A stretch of 64,000 bases of DNA from Mustelus asterias. Lineage: Eukaryota. The stretch covers positions 124,001 through 188,000 of the forward strand of contig NW_027590142.1 of assembly GCF_964213995.1 (NCBI RefSeq). Direction: 5' to 3'. The translations under genes were made by a program, and so were the position numbers. This document shows positions 61,620 through 64,000 of this stretch, piece after piece. The notes below the pieces were generated by a model, which searched no databases, was not told the origin of the DNA, and was given only the letters and a program-made list of their open reading frames with translations. Position 1 is the stretch's first letter, and each line of letters begins with the position of its first letter.

Positions 61620-63657
61620 ATGGCGCACCAAGTTAAGACACCAGTGGAGATATTAGGGGATAAGTTCCCAGCCCTTAGGGGAGATATAGAACACGTCTCT
61701 AAAAAATGGGCCAAAAGAACAAATAAGACCGATACACAGTGGCCGGAGGAAGGCACATGGTCCATAGAGAGGTGTGAGGACCAGAAGGGAATGATAAAGA
61801 ACTATAAGATTAAGGATAAATCGAGCAAAAGAGGGGAAAAGCGAGAAAAGGAGTTAGAGATATTAGCCCTATTCCAACAAGAAGGGAAAGAGAGAAGAGG
61901 GGTATGGAGGGGAGGTAGGATGCAGATGCCAGTACAACTTGAGGAAAAAGCAAAATTGGAAGATCCAAACGTAGCCCCACCCCCATACTTAGAGAAACAG
62001 AGCTCCACGGGACTGTACCCAGTTATATCAGGCACAATGAATTTTGAGGGAGAATATGACATAGAACAGATGACGAAGGAGGAATGGGCATGAAAGGAGG
62101 GAGAAAAGAAACAAGGTATAGAGGAAGCAGCTAGGAAAACAGAAGAGGTTTTGGAGGAGCTGAATCTCAGGAGGAAGGAGTTAGAGGATGAAGTAAAGGT
62201 GGTAGAACTTTTGGAATGGGCAAAGAAGGTAATGGAAAAGGAAAAAGAACGAGAAGAGGGAGGAGAAAATGTTAGAAATAAATATGAGGGGAAAACAGGA
62301 AATGATTTTTGCGAGTATGCAAGTGAGACATCACAAGGATGGAGGTGGAAGCACCCAGAGGAAGGTAGAATGGCGAGAGAGACGGAAGGAGAAACAGAAG
62401 AGAGTAGTGAAGACGAAGGGAGGCAATCAATGTTAGGGGTGCAAAGAAAATCAAGGCGGGAAAGGCACCCACCTGTAAAGTTTCCAGATGTGGATAGGAG
62501 AGGGAAAAGGGTATTCCCGGTGATTCTGAAGGGTGGCAGACCGCAGTATATCCCTTGGTCAGGTCAGGATTTGCCTAATTTAATTAATGAATTACCCAAT
62601 ATTTTGGATGGGGCTGGAAGGTGGATTGGACAGTTGGAGGCGGGAATGGTGGGAGGTGACGAAGGTGCTAGGAATGGACCAAATGGCGGAAGTAATGAGA
62701 CGTGCTGGCATCCCGACCGCAGCTTATGACCCAGCGGTGGATGGGACACTAATGGACCAGTACCGCCAAGACATCTGGCAGGCACTGTGGGATATGTACC
62801 CCAATCGAATGGATGTAAAAACCCTAAAGGGAGAGCCACTGGGTGAGGAGGAGAATGCAGCGGTGTATGTGGAGAATCAATTAAAAAGGTGGAGAAGGGA
62901 CACGGAGAGGGACATTCTAATAGACCCACTGACCAACTCCATGTTCCGGGCTGCAATCCTAGAGGGCTTGCCAGCCCCAGCTAAGACAAGGCTGGAGGAA
63001 GTGGTGGGCTTGGACTCAAAAAATTACCGAGAGTTTGTGGATTATGTTGCCCATGCAGTAGAGAGACATCGCAAAGATGAAAAGAATGCAGACAAACAGC
63101 TGAAGGAGGTACAACGTAAACTCCTTCAGGCACAGTTGGAGGAGATCAAAAGCAAGGATAAACTGAAGGCAAAAGAGGATCTCGCACCCAGAAAAATAGC
63201 ACCAATGATGGTGGAGCAAAAGCCAGAGGAAATACCTGCACTAATCAAAGGGGGGAGCGGAGATGGAGGCCAGCCCGTCATAACCTATAACATTTCTGCC
63301 TTCCCACTGTCCATGAACCCAGGAGCCTATGGCCTAAATTATCAAAACCCATACGCCCTGCAAAGTCAGACTGACTGGAATAGAAATGGGAAAGGACAGG
63401 GAGGTGGTAGGCCACCCTATCAGAATCAGAGAGGACAGGGACAGGTTAATCATCAGACTCCGAGACAGGGACCACTGCCTGGCCCTTCAGGTGTGTGTTG
63501 GGGGTGCGGGGAGGCAGGGCACATAAAAAGGAATTGCCCGCGGAATTTCCCCAGACAGGGAGAAAACCAGCAGCAGACAGGCCAACAACTGATCCAAGGA
63601 TCGCCAAACAGCATCCCGATGTTTCAAGGGCCGGTAAACCATCAGAATTCCCCATAG
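61620..63657 (+). pseudogene. gag: Class I ERV gag with an in-frame TGA (62091-62093) and a frameshift near 62655
   Basis: WPEEGT matrix motif, PPPY and LYP late domains, capsid-like region, CWGCGEAGHIKRNC zinc knuckle. Confidence 0.88.
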
Positions 63658-64000
63658 GGAGGCCCAGAGAACCCCGAAATGGTAGGACAGCACGTACAGA
63701 TAACAGAAACTGCAGAGCAGGAACCTATAGTTAACGTTAGAGTAGGAGGGATCGAGGTCCCCATGATGATAGACACCGGCGCCACATGTACGTGCATGCA
63801 AACGAAATATGCGGATCACTTACCATTGTCAAACCAGTTTGTAAAAACTGTGGGGTTCTCGGGGAAAGTAACATTAGCTCGAATGACGACGCCGGTGCCT
63901 GTTACCATTGGAAATAAGACAACCCATGTACCTATTTTAGTATGTGATAAAACTCCTTTAAATCTATTGGGAAGGGATGCAATCCTAGGTTTAGGACTGA
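63658..64000 (+). CDS. pro: Retroviral aspartic protease, in frame after the gag TAG (readthrough); truncated by the window end
   Basis: ...EPIVNVRVGGIEVPMMIDTGATCT...NLLGRDAILGL: DTGA and GRD motifs. Confidence 0.9.

Overview
Cartilaginous-fish (shark) genomic DNA, inferred from the cluster-type IgH organisation and HE1-like SINEs; there is one 136-N gap. The right half holds an almost complete IgM heavy-chain minicluster on the minus strand: leader remnant, VH, one D, JH, a 13-kb J-C intron, Cmu1-Cmu4 with secretory tail, TM1 and TM2. An antisense class I (gamma/epsilon-like) endogenous retrovirus has inserted inside the VH leader exon; its 5' LTR, PBS, broken gag and readthrough protease run off the window end. 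The left half has one intact single-exon P2Y/LPAR-like GPCR with non-canonical motifs and a decayed paralogue, among CR1 LINEs, HE1-like SINEs, a Penelope-like element and older LINE debris. Most notable observations: (1) an apparently intact tRNA-Pro(UGG) gene with an 18-nt intron at the canonical 37/38 site inside the J-C intron; (2) two independent Penelope-like insertions at the same nucleotide of two different CR1 copies, with minimal hammerhead ribozymes in the larger element's terminal repeats; (3) a single 12/12-RSS D segment that looks like a germline D1-D2 join; (4) a repeat that is G-rich on the sense strand, lying just upstream of Cmu1 in a switch-like position; (5) ERV knockout of the leader while all C exons stay open. 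Repeat boundaries are approximate (read by eye); exon, RSS and tRNA coordinates were counted base by base.
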